A stretch of 63,564 bases of DNA, counting the filler, from Choristocarpus tenellus KU-1152 (lineage: Eukaryota; Protista; Phaeophyceae), in the NCBI GenBank assembly GCA_964200185.2. It is 11 parts of 11 records of this genome, joined end to end, with 100 filler letters (N's around TTAATTAATTAA, not from the genome) between each part and the next. Parts side by side here need not be neighbours in the genome. Positions count along the whole stretch, not along the records: positions 1 to 7,727 come from CAXNAD020005678.1; positions 7,828 to 12,835 come from CAXNAD020012188.1; 9 more parts are not named here. The stretch is one strand, 5' to 3'. Position 1 is the first letter of the stretch. Each line of letters opens with the position of its first letter. Shown here one piece after another: positions 1 to 11,915 of this stretch. A program made the position numbers and the translations under genes. The notes under the pieces were generated by a model. It worked only from the letters and a program-made list of their open reading frames with translations. It did no database searches and was not told the DNA's origin.

Positions 1-67
1 ATACTGATCTTACTGAACCCCCCATCGCCCCTGCACCCGTTCATCAATGGAACTAAGTGGGACTTAC

Positions 68-3000
68 CTCTGAATAGCCGCTGCCAGGGTTTGTAATAAC
101 AATCCCTACCACTTTCTCGCCCTTAATTGCAGCAACTGCAGATGCTGCGATCCCCTCCCCGTTCCTGCAGGATGAAATCAAATGTTTCAATCCGGAAGAG
201 GAGGAACAGTGGAAGAGGGAGGGGGAGGGCAGCTGTATCAAGGCAGTGCATGGGAAAGGAGAGAGGGGTTTCCAAAAAAACGAACGAGGCCACTGCAGGT
301 TGGGGAAGGGATATCAATAATGCGTAGGAGTGCATCATACAGCTTTTAATGGCTCACGGAGGGGCCAAAAGATGAGCCTGCACACAAACAGCAAGAAGTT
401 GGCTTGTCGTCGGAGTTTCCAGTTTGTGTTGGAAAGGCATCAGAATTACAGCCTTCCACAGTACAGCCTCAACCTTTTTGGGGGTATTAAATTGTAGACC
501 TCGATTAGGAACAGTTGGGGTATACATGTGGAGGAGGACACAATTGGTTTAAAGCGGTCTGTAGTTTAGTTCTGCGGCATAGGTTAACATGGGAAGGTGA
601 CACAGAACAGTATTAAGAACAAGAATGGATGTAGTGACACTGAAAGAGTTGCAACCTTCAAGGGCAGGCTACTGGGACACATCACACATTCTAACAGCAT
701 CCAGCACCCCGGACAAACACGCCTCCTTTGTTTGTTCGCATCCCATACTAGGTTTGCTCAAATGTCTCCCCCACCTCACTCTTATCCACGTACCACCCAA
801 CCATGCATCTTACTCCATACATAGAAACCCTGACTGTACTAGAACCCAAGACTTGAACATCAACTCTGAGCATTCGAAGAAAGGCTGTATCAATGTGGGC
901 AAGGCACTTGATAATCATGCCCCTTTCCATCCCTGAGGCCTCTCTCTACTCAAGGGGCGCTAGTGCCTACAATTGTGCAACATCTCCTTCCTCTTCAAAA
1001 TGGCCCCCTGTTATCCCAAACATTTCGAAGTACACAATGCTGCCGTACAATATCTTGATCCCCCTATCAACAGTCCACTTAACCCTCCCCCACTTCCCTC
1101 CAGCCCCTTGTCCTCCTATTCACCCACCTCCCTCTTTACTGCACTCTTCACCTGGGCGGAGAGATGACCACCTCTGGTCTGGATGTGTACCCCTTCCCCG
1201 ACGTCTTTAGAACCGCTCGAAACACCCGACCTGTCCGCTTTAGAACAACTGATGCCCTTGCCACATCATCAGAAAAAGGAGGCTTCTCAATTGTCACTGC
1301 AGGGGGCTTAGCAGAGCCATCGTAGCCGACCCCTCCATCCACCACTGTGTACCTTCAGAGTTTGGGGGTGGGGGTGGGGGTGAGGGGTGGGGGAGGATTG
1401 GATGACCAAGTGGAAGTGTGGTGGTTTACGCCGATAAAGATAATGCCATCAAGTGTTGAGGGCACAGATCATCTCTCATCCCATGGTGCCCAGACAAAAA
1501 ACCCATACGTCCCAAGCATAGAGTTAGTGTCAAGAGCGAGGCGTGCTTTTCCTCACCCTAACACTCTGCTTGCCACTAACGGCAAAAAGACCGGTGGAGG
1601 CATTTGCTCTCAGCGATCCTTGTCAAGAAATAGGTACGGGGCTACGTAGTGGGAGGCTGTGGCGACTCCCATTGGTTAGTTGGTGTGACCGGCTCCATTC
1701 CTTAGGCATTATGACGCTCAGAGGTCTACACCAGAACACCACAGATGGAGATTAGGTAACCAATAGGACCTGACAAAAAACAGGTGACAATACTGCAGGG
1801 GAAGGGGGAATGGGGGTGCACCTGAGAACAGAGGCGTTGTCAGTCTCTCCCATGAGACTCTTGATGTACTCCACGGGCTGATTGGAATCCAAGAGTGCAA
1901 ACAAGAGAGCGATCTGCCTCTTTCCCGCCGTCTCTGCACCAAACTCCTCAACCAAAATCTTGAACAACGCCTTTACTCCATCCTTGCCCTGGTACTTGCG
2001 AAGGCCAAAGTTCACACTCGCCTGAGGGTGGAAGGTATTTGCCAGGCGTTGGTGTACGCCAAGGTCCGATGCAGTATTGGTTGCGAAAGAGGCTGCATAG
2101 TCAGAAGTAACCTACTGCAACTGAATCTTCGAGGGAGAGGTGTAGGCGTACAGGGCACGAAACCACCGGACAACCATAGCAGGGAGTAGTGGGGTGATGC
2201 TAGAGCAAACCGTTTGCTCTCCACAATGGGGCTGTATGTCTTATCTACACGTCTACAAGTAACTCTCTGTAAACTTGCGCAAATGCTTGGAGTCGACTAC
2301 AACAGAGCCTATGTGCACAGAGAAGTCAGTGCAAGTGTTGCATTATTGGTTAAGAGGAGGTATGCCTTGAACAGCATACAATTACTCGATGACCTCGCCT
2401 TACCCTTGCCACCACCCTGTCCAAAACTTGCCTGGAAACGTGAGAAGACTTCTCGCTGATCTGCAATTACCAAGCTGAACTCTTCAGGACTCAGCTCTCC
2501 ACTATTGTCCAAGTCTGCTGCCTTGAACACGGCCTCTACCCCCCCATCCACGAGTGCCTTTGCAAATGCCTGTGCAGATGCTGGAGAGACATTAGCCTGC
2601 TGATTCCTCCACCAATAGTTGCTCACACTAGCAGGAAAAATGGGAAAGGAGAGTGAGAGGTTTGTAGATAAACCGTGGCATAGAAACATTGGCAACTCCA
2701 CCAATGGTAGGTATATTGAATTGTGCTCAGTAAGAGGAATTAACAATAGGGGAAAATGCAACTTGGACATGATTGCTAGAATTTGCAACTCTCAGCTGCT
2801 AAACCTAGAGGTAACTTCTAAGTGGAAAAAAACAACTACTCCTTGGCTCCTGAGCGCCCTTTCTTCCTCTGATGCCTTTCCAGAGTCATAGTAGCCAAAA
2901 TAATCCCAGTCATAGCCACTGGGACTTGAGCATTTTTTTCCAGGAGGATAATCCACACAGTGATGTCGAAGGGTCACCATGAAAGGTCAATCTGCACAAG

Positions 3001-4349
3001 ACAGGATCTGGACCCCTGACAATAACAATACCCAGGGTCTTATTTTCGACAGGTGTAAAAACTACCATCATAAGATCGGGGCCATTTGAATGTTTACCCC
3101 AAATACTCTCATCTTTGGTTCGCCTCGAAACTCATAGGTTTGTGTTCCCTTCTCCCCCCCCCTACACACATACAATTAAGCCTCGCCCTAAAGTTCGTCA
3201 CTCTTGATCACCTCCTGGTTTTAGTGTGTGTTTGTGTCTCTCACACCCACACTTGACTTTGTGTGCATAATATCGTTATTGAGTATCAACAGTGTTTCAA
3301 CATTGTGGATCTTGCACAACCCAGCAATTCAATACTCAAGGGACAGCTGTGACTCACCCGAAGGGGGCTAACTTGGTGTAGGATATAGGTGTGGGAGGGG
3401 AAATATCTTGTGAGATTGATGTAACACCTCATATCCTGCTTTCTCTGGTTTCTCTTTTCGTTAACCTGTAACCACATATAAACTAGGAACAACTATGAGG
3501 TATGGAAGTACATACAATACACCACCAAAAAATGGAGTTCAAAAAGTACGCCACAGGAGCAGGTCGTGCCTACCAATATACCCCAACCCTTGACGCGCCT
3601 ACCTATCGTAGTTAATGAGGAACCGCGCCAGGTAAGCCACAAATCGAGGGGAGTATGTCTCTTGACCGACCTTTCCACCGAGACTGCTCTCAAAGGAGTT
3701 GACAGGCGTCCACGTCATCTCGGGCCCGATTTCTGTGCCTGCAGATGTCTGCTTAGGAAACTAGTCAACGGCCGGGATTCGGAGTTGGGGTTTGGTTGGT
3801 TGACACGGAGAGGAAGTTGAAGTGCACAAGGAAGTTTCAAGGGCTGGGAAATATCAGCACTGTATCAGGGTTCGCCACATAACCCAGACGAATTCGTTGT
3901 ACAACGATCTCTACAATCCACCCTTCAGTATCGAGAGTGCCGTCACCGTTCATCAGACTTACTAGCGAGAGAGCAGCCAGTAACGCCGCAGAGCCTGTCG
4001 CCGTGCCCAAAAAGTCCTTCCTTGACATACTTTCCCCACTTGTACCAAGCCCCTGCTGAACACAGCTCATCCCCTTGACATTATTGCACACTCTTCTTTT
4101 TCCAACTGAGTCCGACCCGAAAGACTGTCCCTCTTCAACCCCGTGCTCTCTCATTCTCCATAATCGAGCACGCCAAGTAGATGCAGTTGGTTGCCCATTG
4201 TGTCGGTTTGTGCAAACAGCTGTCCACGCACGCCTATTAAACGCATGTTCACCACTTGAACACAAAAATACAGGAGGAATACTAAAACTCATAACCCTGT
4301 ACCCAAGCCCAATCCAGAGCAGAGGTGAAAGAATGAATCGACGGGTCAT
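68..4349 (-). CDS. Uncharacterised plastid-targeted protein (bipartite presequence, Tat-like motif, EF-hand, GxGY repeats); 3'-partial
   Basis: Phase-consistent exons 4349-3963, 3748-3603, 2627-2432, 2021-1822, 1352-1152, 164-68. They read MTRRFILSPLLWIGLGYRVMS-FSIP...SRKDFLGTATGSAALLAALSL / ...YSPRFVAYLARFLINYD / ...FKAADLDNSGELSPEEF...FSRFQ / ASVNFGLRKY...RQIALLFALL / YTVVDGGVGY...SGKGYTSRPEVVISPP / NGEG...VVGIVITNPGSGYSE. Intron 3 uses a GC donor. The gene runs off the window start. Confidence 0.8.
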
Positions 4350-4711
4350 TGTAAGTAACGTTTACTCCCTCAAGGAAAATTGCCAAACCAGTTGCGGTGC
4401 AGCGCAGATAAATGACTATGGAACTAGCCTAAAACGGACCCTGGGTAGTGCAGTCTCCTGCAGATTCCCGGGGCGATGTCAAATCCCCTTTCCTTCCTCC
4501 AATGTCCCCATAACCACCCTAGTTGTGTCTATGGTGTGGCACCCCTTTTGAACATGTGTTGAAGTGCAGAATATGGGGAGGCGTATCTCATTAGTATATC
4601 TATAGTTAATCTTCAAGTCAATAACAAGGGTTTCTAGTTTCCTACAACAGAAACAGAAACAGAAACAGAAAGAGGAAGTATAGGGGGGTGAAGTCCTCCT
4701 GCCAAAGGATC
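4350..4711. promoter_or_regulatory. Probable bidirectional promoter/5'UTR region between two divergent plastid-protein genes
   Basis: 362 bp separate the two inferred ATGs (4349 minus, 4712 plus). Contains (CAGAAA)4 at about 4648-4671. Regulatory role is inferred from position only. Confidence 0.5.
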
Positions 4712-7221
4712 ATGGACATCAGAGGAACGGCCTACACAATCTTGGTGGCCTCGTCTTTAGTGGGAGTCCTCGGTTTCTCTATTGTGCCTTCCTCAGCATT
4801 GGGATCTCGATATGTCGATTCCACAACCAAGTCCAACTACCATGTCTTTGTTGCAGCTACGACCCCGGCTTGGATAAGCATTACTCCTTTGCTCGGCAAA
4901 GCCAGACGCACATCTGCGTGCATTCAGCTGATGTCGGCAAGTGACGAATCCAAGGGGTTCGGGAAGGCGCCGAAGGTGTCCCGGAAGGCCGCCAAGAAAA
5001 CTGCCAAAAAGACGACCCAGGGAGATGCGAAGACTGTGGGGACCGAGCCAGTTGCAGATGTTGTCGAGGAAGTAATGCCCACTGCATCTAGTCCCTCAAC
5101 AGGAGAAGAGACTAGGTAAGTATGAGTTAGAGCTTAGTGTCTTGCTGAAGGAGATGTTGTCATCTGTACAATGCATCAAAGATGACGACCGACGACAACA
5201 TGCAGGGAATAGAGGGGCAGGGCATAACAGACATCCAGAAATGCCGGCGGCATATCATCCTTTTGTGTTAGTATGGGAAGTACTTACGACTTGATTCGCT
5301 TTTGGTTTGTCTGTGCTATATTTATGAGTACTTCGTTGGCGCTGCATGGTGCCCTCTCCCCCCAAAAGCAGCACATATTGTACATTCTTGTTGGATATGG
5401 AAGGGTGTTTGAATGAGTGGCATTGGGAGAAGAGCTCCTACCAAGGCATGATGGTTGAATAGATTATCGGTGGTAGCAAAGGGGTCCTTATTTGTGACTG
5501 ATATTGCTCGCCGAAAGTTTGTTGATTGGCCACACGTCTGCTTGTGCAACAGCCCTCCAGGGTCCTCGAGTACTCTCCTACTTACTCCTGGAGGCTGCCT
5601 AAACAAAACATTTTCCTGTGCAAAAGATGCTTCTGTCGTTCGGCCTCGCGGACATTCTCTACACTAATCCCCTCCTTGGACCCCTCCACGTCCCGTATTA
5701 CTTATGTCTAGGAAAGTTATCGAGAAGTTGGAGAAGGAGAAGGCTGATCGCAAGGCCAAGCAGATGGAGCGTATCAATGCCGTCATGGCGGTGAGCACCC
5801 TACCTCGCCGTGCATCCTCCTGCCATACCCTCCTCCAAATCCCCTCTACTTGTCCCCGCACTTGTCAACCTGATCAAGCAACCAAGGAGTCTCAAAATGG
5901 GACAGTTGGCATTTGGGGAGGATTTGTATTTGAAGGATTATGTACTCAGAGCCACCCTGACTCTGATAGAGGGAGCAGTGATTTAAGCCAGGAAGTAGTA
6001 ATGATATACACAGTAAGTTAGTCAATGCCAACCAATTGTATGTTGAAAGAATGTGTGCAGATCTTCATCACACTTGAAATGTTTTACTTTCCCCCACCCT
6101 TACTCATCCACCCACTCCTACTTGCCCACAGGCCGATTCCCTCTCTTAACGCTTTCTAGAAGCAGTGACTGCTTGTAAGAGTAAAAATTTCCAATATACT
6201 CAGTTTGTTCTGTCTGTATGTTGCCTGCTGCATCATTTAGTGTTGACTTTTGTTTACCCTCTTTATTGTGCACCCCTTTGGACACAGGCTAAAGAGGCAA
6301 CAAAGGATGACCCAAATGCAGGAATCATCCCAGAAGCAGTGTCCAATCGGATGCTCAAGAGGATGGCAAGTATTCAGAGCAGGGGATAGGTTACCTCAGG
6401 AAAGGGGAGGGATCAGAAACTCCCATAGCCTTGGGGGAATAGAAAATGTTGCGCATGATGGTCCACTGCGCCCTAGCATTAGCGATACAGGATCACCCTA
6501 CCAAATGAGGGGAGAACACACATTGCTATGGAATTGTGCAATCCTTGCCAGATTGCTGCTCTGACAGACTGATCCTGATTCATCGTGCAGCGCCTGCTCT
6601 TCATGTAGACACCTCATTTCTGCCCAAGGCATCCCAACGTAAATTTTGTTTTTGCTGTTGTTGTGTGTTCTTCACTCTTTCCAAAGCACGCCTTCCATTA
6701 AGATCTATATACATATTTTTTCTTGACTCTACCGCACGCAACCAATTCAGCAGTTACATCTCATTGGAGTGGTTTTCTGAGTCTGGGTTTTTGAAGAGTT
6801 GTGGCTAGTGATATTAACCTGCCAACAGAGCCCTTGTCAAAGGAAGGTGTTTTGCTATGGCCTTGGGTGAGCATCAGTGGGGTGCAAGAGTGTCCATGTA
6901 CCTCGAATGTAAGGAAAATATGCACTCTATTTAGGGAAGAGGAGTACGCGTTCTGAGATGCTTGGTAGGTACATGGAGGAGACACCACGGCATTGTGTGT
7001 TGAATGTTTCCAACACACAAGTAGATGGTCATAAATAGATTTGCTCTGTATCTACCTAATCGCTTGTGCTCCTCCCTCCCTCCCTTGTCCCCCTCGTTAC
7101 GTTGCCCCTGCCCCCCTCCGGTACTGTTGCTCTTTTTTTCCAGGTGCCGTTTTTCCTCCTGCCAGTGTTTGGCGGCGTAGGCGTGTTTGTGATCTACTTT
7201 GTTCTGGCTAAGAATTACGAT
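4712..7221 (+). CDS. PAM68: PAM68-family (DUF3464) thylakoid PSII assembly factor, 3'-partial
   Basis: Exons 4712-5115, 5712-5790, 6288-6365, 7144-7221. Signal peptide ending VLG-FSIVP, then a KGFG motif, then the family-typical IPEAVSNRMLKRM followed by a TM segment VPFFLLPVFGGVGVFVIYFVL. Intron 3 has a GC donor (ATG|GCAAGT). Later exons are lost at the contig end. Confidence 0.85.
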
Positions 7222-7727
7222 GTGAGTCCACAAGGAATGAGCCGTTTGCTGCTGTTCATTGCCCTGCATATAAGAAATGCACACATAAATGTGTTTGCCA
7301 ACATGTGCACACGCTGCTAATGTGTGCAGTTTCCGTTGTCCCCTGCCTCGCAAGAACATTCACATCTCGATGCCCCTCTGTTGGCCCTGATAGATGACCT
7401 TTGCCTGCCCAATGGGGGGAAAGTGTTCCGTGTGGAGATTTATTAATTACCCTGTTGGTGATTGATCCTGAGTGATGCGTTGTAACTGGTCCGACACGCC
7501 TAATGCACCAGCTTTGACATTCAAGGCGTTTGCATGTCTGATCTGAGGCCCTGAGGTGGTGCTTGCCTCTCGTGTGCTCCATTATGATTGCTCCTGTACT
7601 CTTTCATCTTCATGTGTGTGTGTGTGTTGGCAAAGGGAGGGGGGGGGGGGGGGGGGGGGAAGCCAATTTAGTCTTTTTGGTAAATTTTTTTTTTTTTTTT
7701 TTTATTTTAAAAAAAAGGGAAAGGGTT

Positions 7728-7827
7728 NNNNNNNNNNNNNNNNNNNNNNNNNNNNNNNNNNNNNNNNNNNNTTAATTAATTAANNNNNNNNNNNNNNNNN
7801 NNNNNNNNNNNNNNNNNNNNNNNNNNN
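7728..7827. other. Artificial contig-joining spacer (N44-TTAATTAATTAA-N44)
   Basis: Identical 100-bp spacers at 7728, 12836, 16197, 19564, 25821, 34900, 45418, 48942, 56079 and 59429. The core gives stops in all six frames. Confidence 0.99.
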
Positions 7828-9630
7828 CCCTCCCAGATACTTTGGGTCAGATGGGAGAGAAGTACTGTGTGATTTGGAATATGTGCAAGGTGAGGGGGCA
7901 AATACCTACCTTGGACTTGTTGTGTACTCCATTCAAAGGTGATTATACATACAGCATACAGTTGCCATCACCGAATCACAGCACTCTGCAGAGAATGAAA
8001 ACTGTATACCATTGCTCCCTAAGCCCTAAGAAGGATAGAAGGTGGGAGCCCGACACCGTCTTCGCAACATGGAACTATGGAGGGTGACCTTGTCCACTGG
8101 ACTGTACAACCCCTGTCTTGGGGAACCACTGTTCTCATACTTTTCTCAGTTTCTCAAATAATGAAGGTTAGGTATTATTTTCACACGCACATGAGGGTTA
8201 GGGTTAGGGTTGGGGTTAGGGTTAGGTTTTTGAAAATGTGCGTGAAAAAGTGAAAAGAGACGACAGTGGTGGTGGATCTTGCGAGGTGGTGTTTCCCCTG
8301 TGGACACTACTGTATATATTGTTGTTCCACATTGTGTGAAACTTCTCCCACGATGTTTTGCTGGTTAGGTATACTTTTCACACACAAGGTTAGAGATAGA
8401 GTTAAGTTTTTGAATATTTTTGAGAAAAAGTGAAAAACTACGATAGTGGTGGCTTCCAAAGATGGAGGGGTTCACCTGTACACTGCACTTAGGGGTATTT
8501 ATTGTGTGGGGAGATGGTAGACATGGTGAGTGGTAGAGCCAAAGGAATTGAGAGGTAGGCAGGGTTGGAACCTTTTGCATTCTAAGCCATCTTTCTTGCC
8601 ATGTGCAGTACACTCTATTATTTCATTGCCTTACGTGCACACAATTGTGTACACAAAATCGATATTCCAACTTTCTACAAATAAAGTGACACCACAATTC
8701 AGCAAGGTTGTTACTTCAATAGTACAAAATGGAAATATTTTTGTCCTTTCTCGGGATCCCTAAAATGCAACCCTACCTACATCTCAGTTGGTTTGACTCA
8801 GACGATAGATAGCCTAGAAGCAGGGCCCAACTATTTGTACATGGTTATCTTGTTTACTATTTGGCAACTTCAACGAATGTTCACAATGTTTGTCAAGTCG
8901 AAGATGAGTGAAGAAGGCTACATAAATATCCAGAAGATGGTATTACTATCACTATTACTGTGGAAGTGTTAAGGCGCCAAAGCTCTCTTCAAAAGGGGGC
9001 AATCACAATCACCAGATTGAATTCTTCCACCTGTGGTGGACTGAGTTTTACAGGTCTTGTTTTAGCATCTCAAAGTCAACTGAGGAAATCCAGAAAGAAC
9101 AAAAATCTTAATGGACGATAGATGTGACAAAATGATTGATTGAGCAACGTCACAGCAGGAAAATAGATCAGTCAGAATCGGAATGGATATTTGTTCTGAC
9201 ATCTCCTTCACATCATTATTGTCATCATCAACATCTCATTTTTTGTACTATTCTAAATATTATGGATTGTTAGAAAAAGAATATTGAAGGAGGATATCAA
9301 TATTAGTTTCAGAATATAATATGACATGCATTTTGAAGAGGAAATACTTCAGCATTTCATATTAGGAATATAACGGCATTCATATTCCAGAATTGATCAC
9401 TTTGATCTAATCACTCCTTACCTGGATTTATCTAAAGAAACTGGAATAAATGCATATACTTCCATTTAATGATAGAAAGTCAGAGGATAGGAGAACCAAA
9501 CCTCTTGTTCTTTTTACTCTTCTTTTCCATTTATGATTTTGAGATTGTGTGATGATATTTTTTGGGGGGTTCTATTGTTCCTTTTCATTTTTCTCTTTTT
9601 CCTAAAAATATATACATTTCGTTTAATATT

Positions 9631-9705
9631 TTATTATTATACACTTTCCCATTTTGTAGCTGTGTCAGAGGGGAAACCAATGAAAGCTATTCACACACTC
9701 TACTA
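9631..9705 (-). mobile_element. Degenerate 3'-end copy of the CRE-like LINE
   Basis: TTATTATTAT tail followed by CATTTTGTAGCTGTGTCAGAGGGGAAACCAATGAAAGCTAT, similar to 28014-28052. Confidence 0.55.
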
Positions 9706-10704
9706 TTCTGATTACTATCATGATTATTTTGTCAATAGCGTGTTTCCCCAAAATGAAATAAATGATCCAAATTTATATAACAGAGATATGAAAATCTACC
9801 AAAAAAATCAGACTGCGCAAAATTAAATTCACTATCAAAAAGAAAAAATACAAAAAACAAGAAATGCCACGTGCAGGTGACGGACAAATTCAATCAGCGC
9901 GATTAGTGGGCGCGCCGTGACGAAAGAGCCGTCTGCCGTAGTCCGTATTAGCTTCCATCTATTTCGACCCTTCCCTGGACATTCCTCAGTGGATTGAGCG
10001 ATGGAGGTAGGTCTTTGTCCGAATGGTGCCTACCTCTATCGCTCGCCCCGTCTGTGACTAAAGCAAGTGGGGATCGAAGCACAGGGTGGGGAACGGATGT
10101 GACTGGTCGAACAGGTTTTGTTGCATTACTTTTTGGAATGAACGAAGTCCGCATTTTGCAGGAACTGAAGCAAGTTGTTTGTTTACGGCAGCACAAAGAG
10201 TGGGCGAGGAGTTCTGGGTTAAAACAGGTTGAAGCATCTGTACGAGTGTTAGCAGTACACTGCTGACAACCTCTTGGTGTGGCAGTGAAGTTTGACTTGA
10301 TACCTCATCGTGCATGGACGACCTGTTCTGGCGAGGTATTCAAAGTTCTTGCCTAACGATTGGGGTTTTGGCTGAGGCAGCGAAAGGGTGTGACATGCTA
10401 GCAAACATAGTTTGTACAATGCAGCTTTTGTAGCATTTTGGTTGGCTAAAACAAATGCGAATTGGTCACTTCGATTAGATAATTCCTCTATATGAGCTAA
10501 TCAAACCTTCGAGTGTTGCCGTCAGGGTCTTACCGAGACCATAATGTTTTTCTCATGATAATTTCCAACTAGGAATGAGAAATCTCGTTAGATTTGGTAA
10601 TGAAAAACACTACAAACAGAAAATGGGGAGATTGGTAAAACTTTCCGATAGTGAATTTCATCTTATTATGCAAACACTCTAATGTTAAATATCATATTAT
10701 TAGA

Positions 10705-11915
10705 GTATGTACGTAGTGAAAATATGACGATAACTTTCAACTTGTCTAATTATTACCTCCTAAACAAGATTGTGTTCGACTCTTTTCAGACCCAATTGGA
10801 CACCTTACCTGACAAAATAGAACAAGGGAAAGAAACTTCCTCACTACCCCTGTCTGTCATCAAGGACAAGAGACAAATGCATCAGCCTCCACACAACCCC
10901 TAGAACCAGCATGCTAGATGCCTTCCCTAGAGCTTACACTCACTGCCAGCAGATCCCTAGGGAGGGAGGAGGCCCTACCTAACAGGTGCTCAGTGGATAT
11001 TTGCAGGAGGTAAAACGTGGACACAAGACATGCTTGTACCTGCTCTTGGGTATGATTACAAGTCCGCCAACACACACCAATGGTGAATCGTCTAGGTCAA
11101 CTCTGCAATGGAATGGGCATCCCTTCTACAAAGGAGGGTGGTAGCCCATTCACAGTGGATAGGAATTTCCGAATGAATCTGATCTTCTATGTTGGGGCAC
11201 TTGCGGATGCTGGATTAGCCCCCTACCGGGGTAAAGACCTCCTAGATGTCATCTTTGCAGAAGTGCAAGCAGTCTCTCATCTGCCATACTCACCGACCAG
11301 CAATGGTGTAGTGTGCTGCTGCCACTAAGGTGAAAGTACGCCCACCACAAGGATTCTTTTGACCATCGTAGTTACAAGCCAACACCTTGGCGGTGGGAAG
11401 TTTTGGGCACCTCAGTAAGCAAGCAGAATATTTTTTGATAAGTTGGCTATGCACGTGGTAGGGAGGAGAGGGGCAGGAGGCTACAGCAGGAAAGGAGGCG
11501 TCAAATCCCGTTAACAGATAGTGTCCGTCACAAGTGGCTCTATCAAGAAGTGTCATGCGTTTTAAGCTGGAGACACTGGGAGAGATGGGCAGCGAGATGC
11601 TTTCTTTCCTCCCCGCCCTGGGGTGTAGGGCTAAGTTATATTGGAGGCATAGGGGGCAGTGGTGTAGCATAGCTGGTAGTTAAATAGTAATCCGATGATT
11701 TCTTTCCTCCTCGCCCTGGGGTGTAGGGCTAAGCTATGTTGGAGGAATAGGGGTCAGTGGTGTAGCACAGCTGGTAGTTAAATAGTTATCAGATGATAGA
11801 AAAATGTCTTTTGCATTTACGACAACATTTACTGTTTCAGGGGTTGAGCTGATATTTAGCTGGCTTTAAATTGTCTATTCACCTGACACATCTGCAAAAT
11901 GTCAGAGGGCAATAA
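10705..11915 (+). mobile_element. Decayed 5'-truncated non-LTR retrotransposon with restriction-like endonuclease (CRE-like), with 3'UTR and AAT tail
   Basis: Frameshifted translation gives a Cys/His knuckle remnant (DTRHACTC...QHTPMV), DRNFRMNLI...LLDVIFAEVQA, SFDHRSYK..TLAVGSFG and LQIVSV-TQVALSR..RFKL. These match the C-terminus of RLE-type LINEs. The 3'UTR has an internal ~97-bp duplication (about 11605-11790) and ends CAGAGGGCAATAAT. Confidence 0.7.

Noticed and set aside
7772-7783. Recurrent TTAATTAATTAA between N-runs as a biological repeat
   Set aside because: It has identical 44N-12-44N geometry ten times and is a synthetic all-frame-stop linker. Neighbouring contigs are not necessarily adjacent in the genome.
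11655-11700. tRNA-like A-box (TAGCATAGCTGG) suggesting a tRNA or tRNA-derived SINE
   Set aside because: No B-box or cloverleaf follows, and the segment is better explained as LINE 3'UTR.
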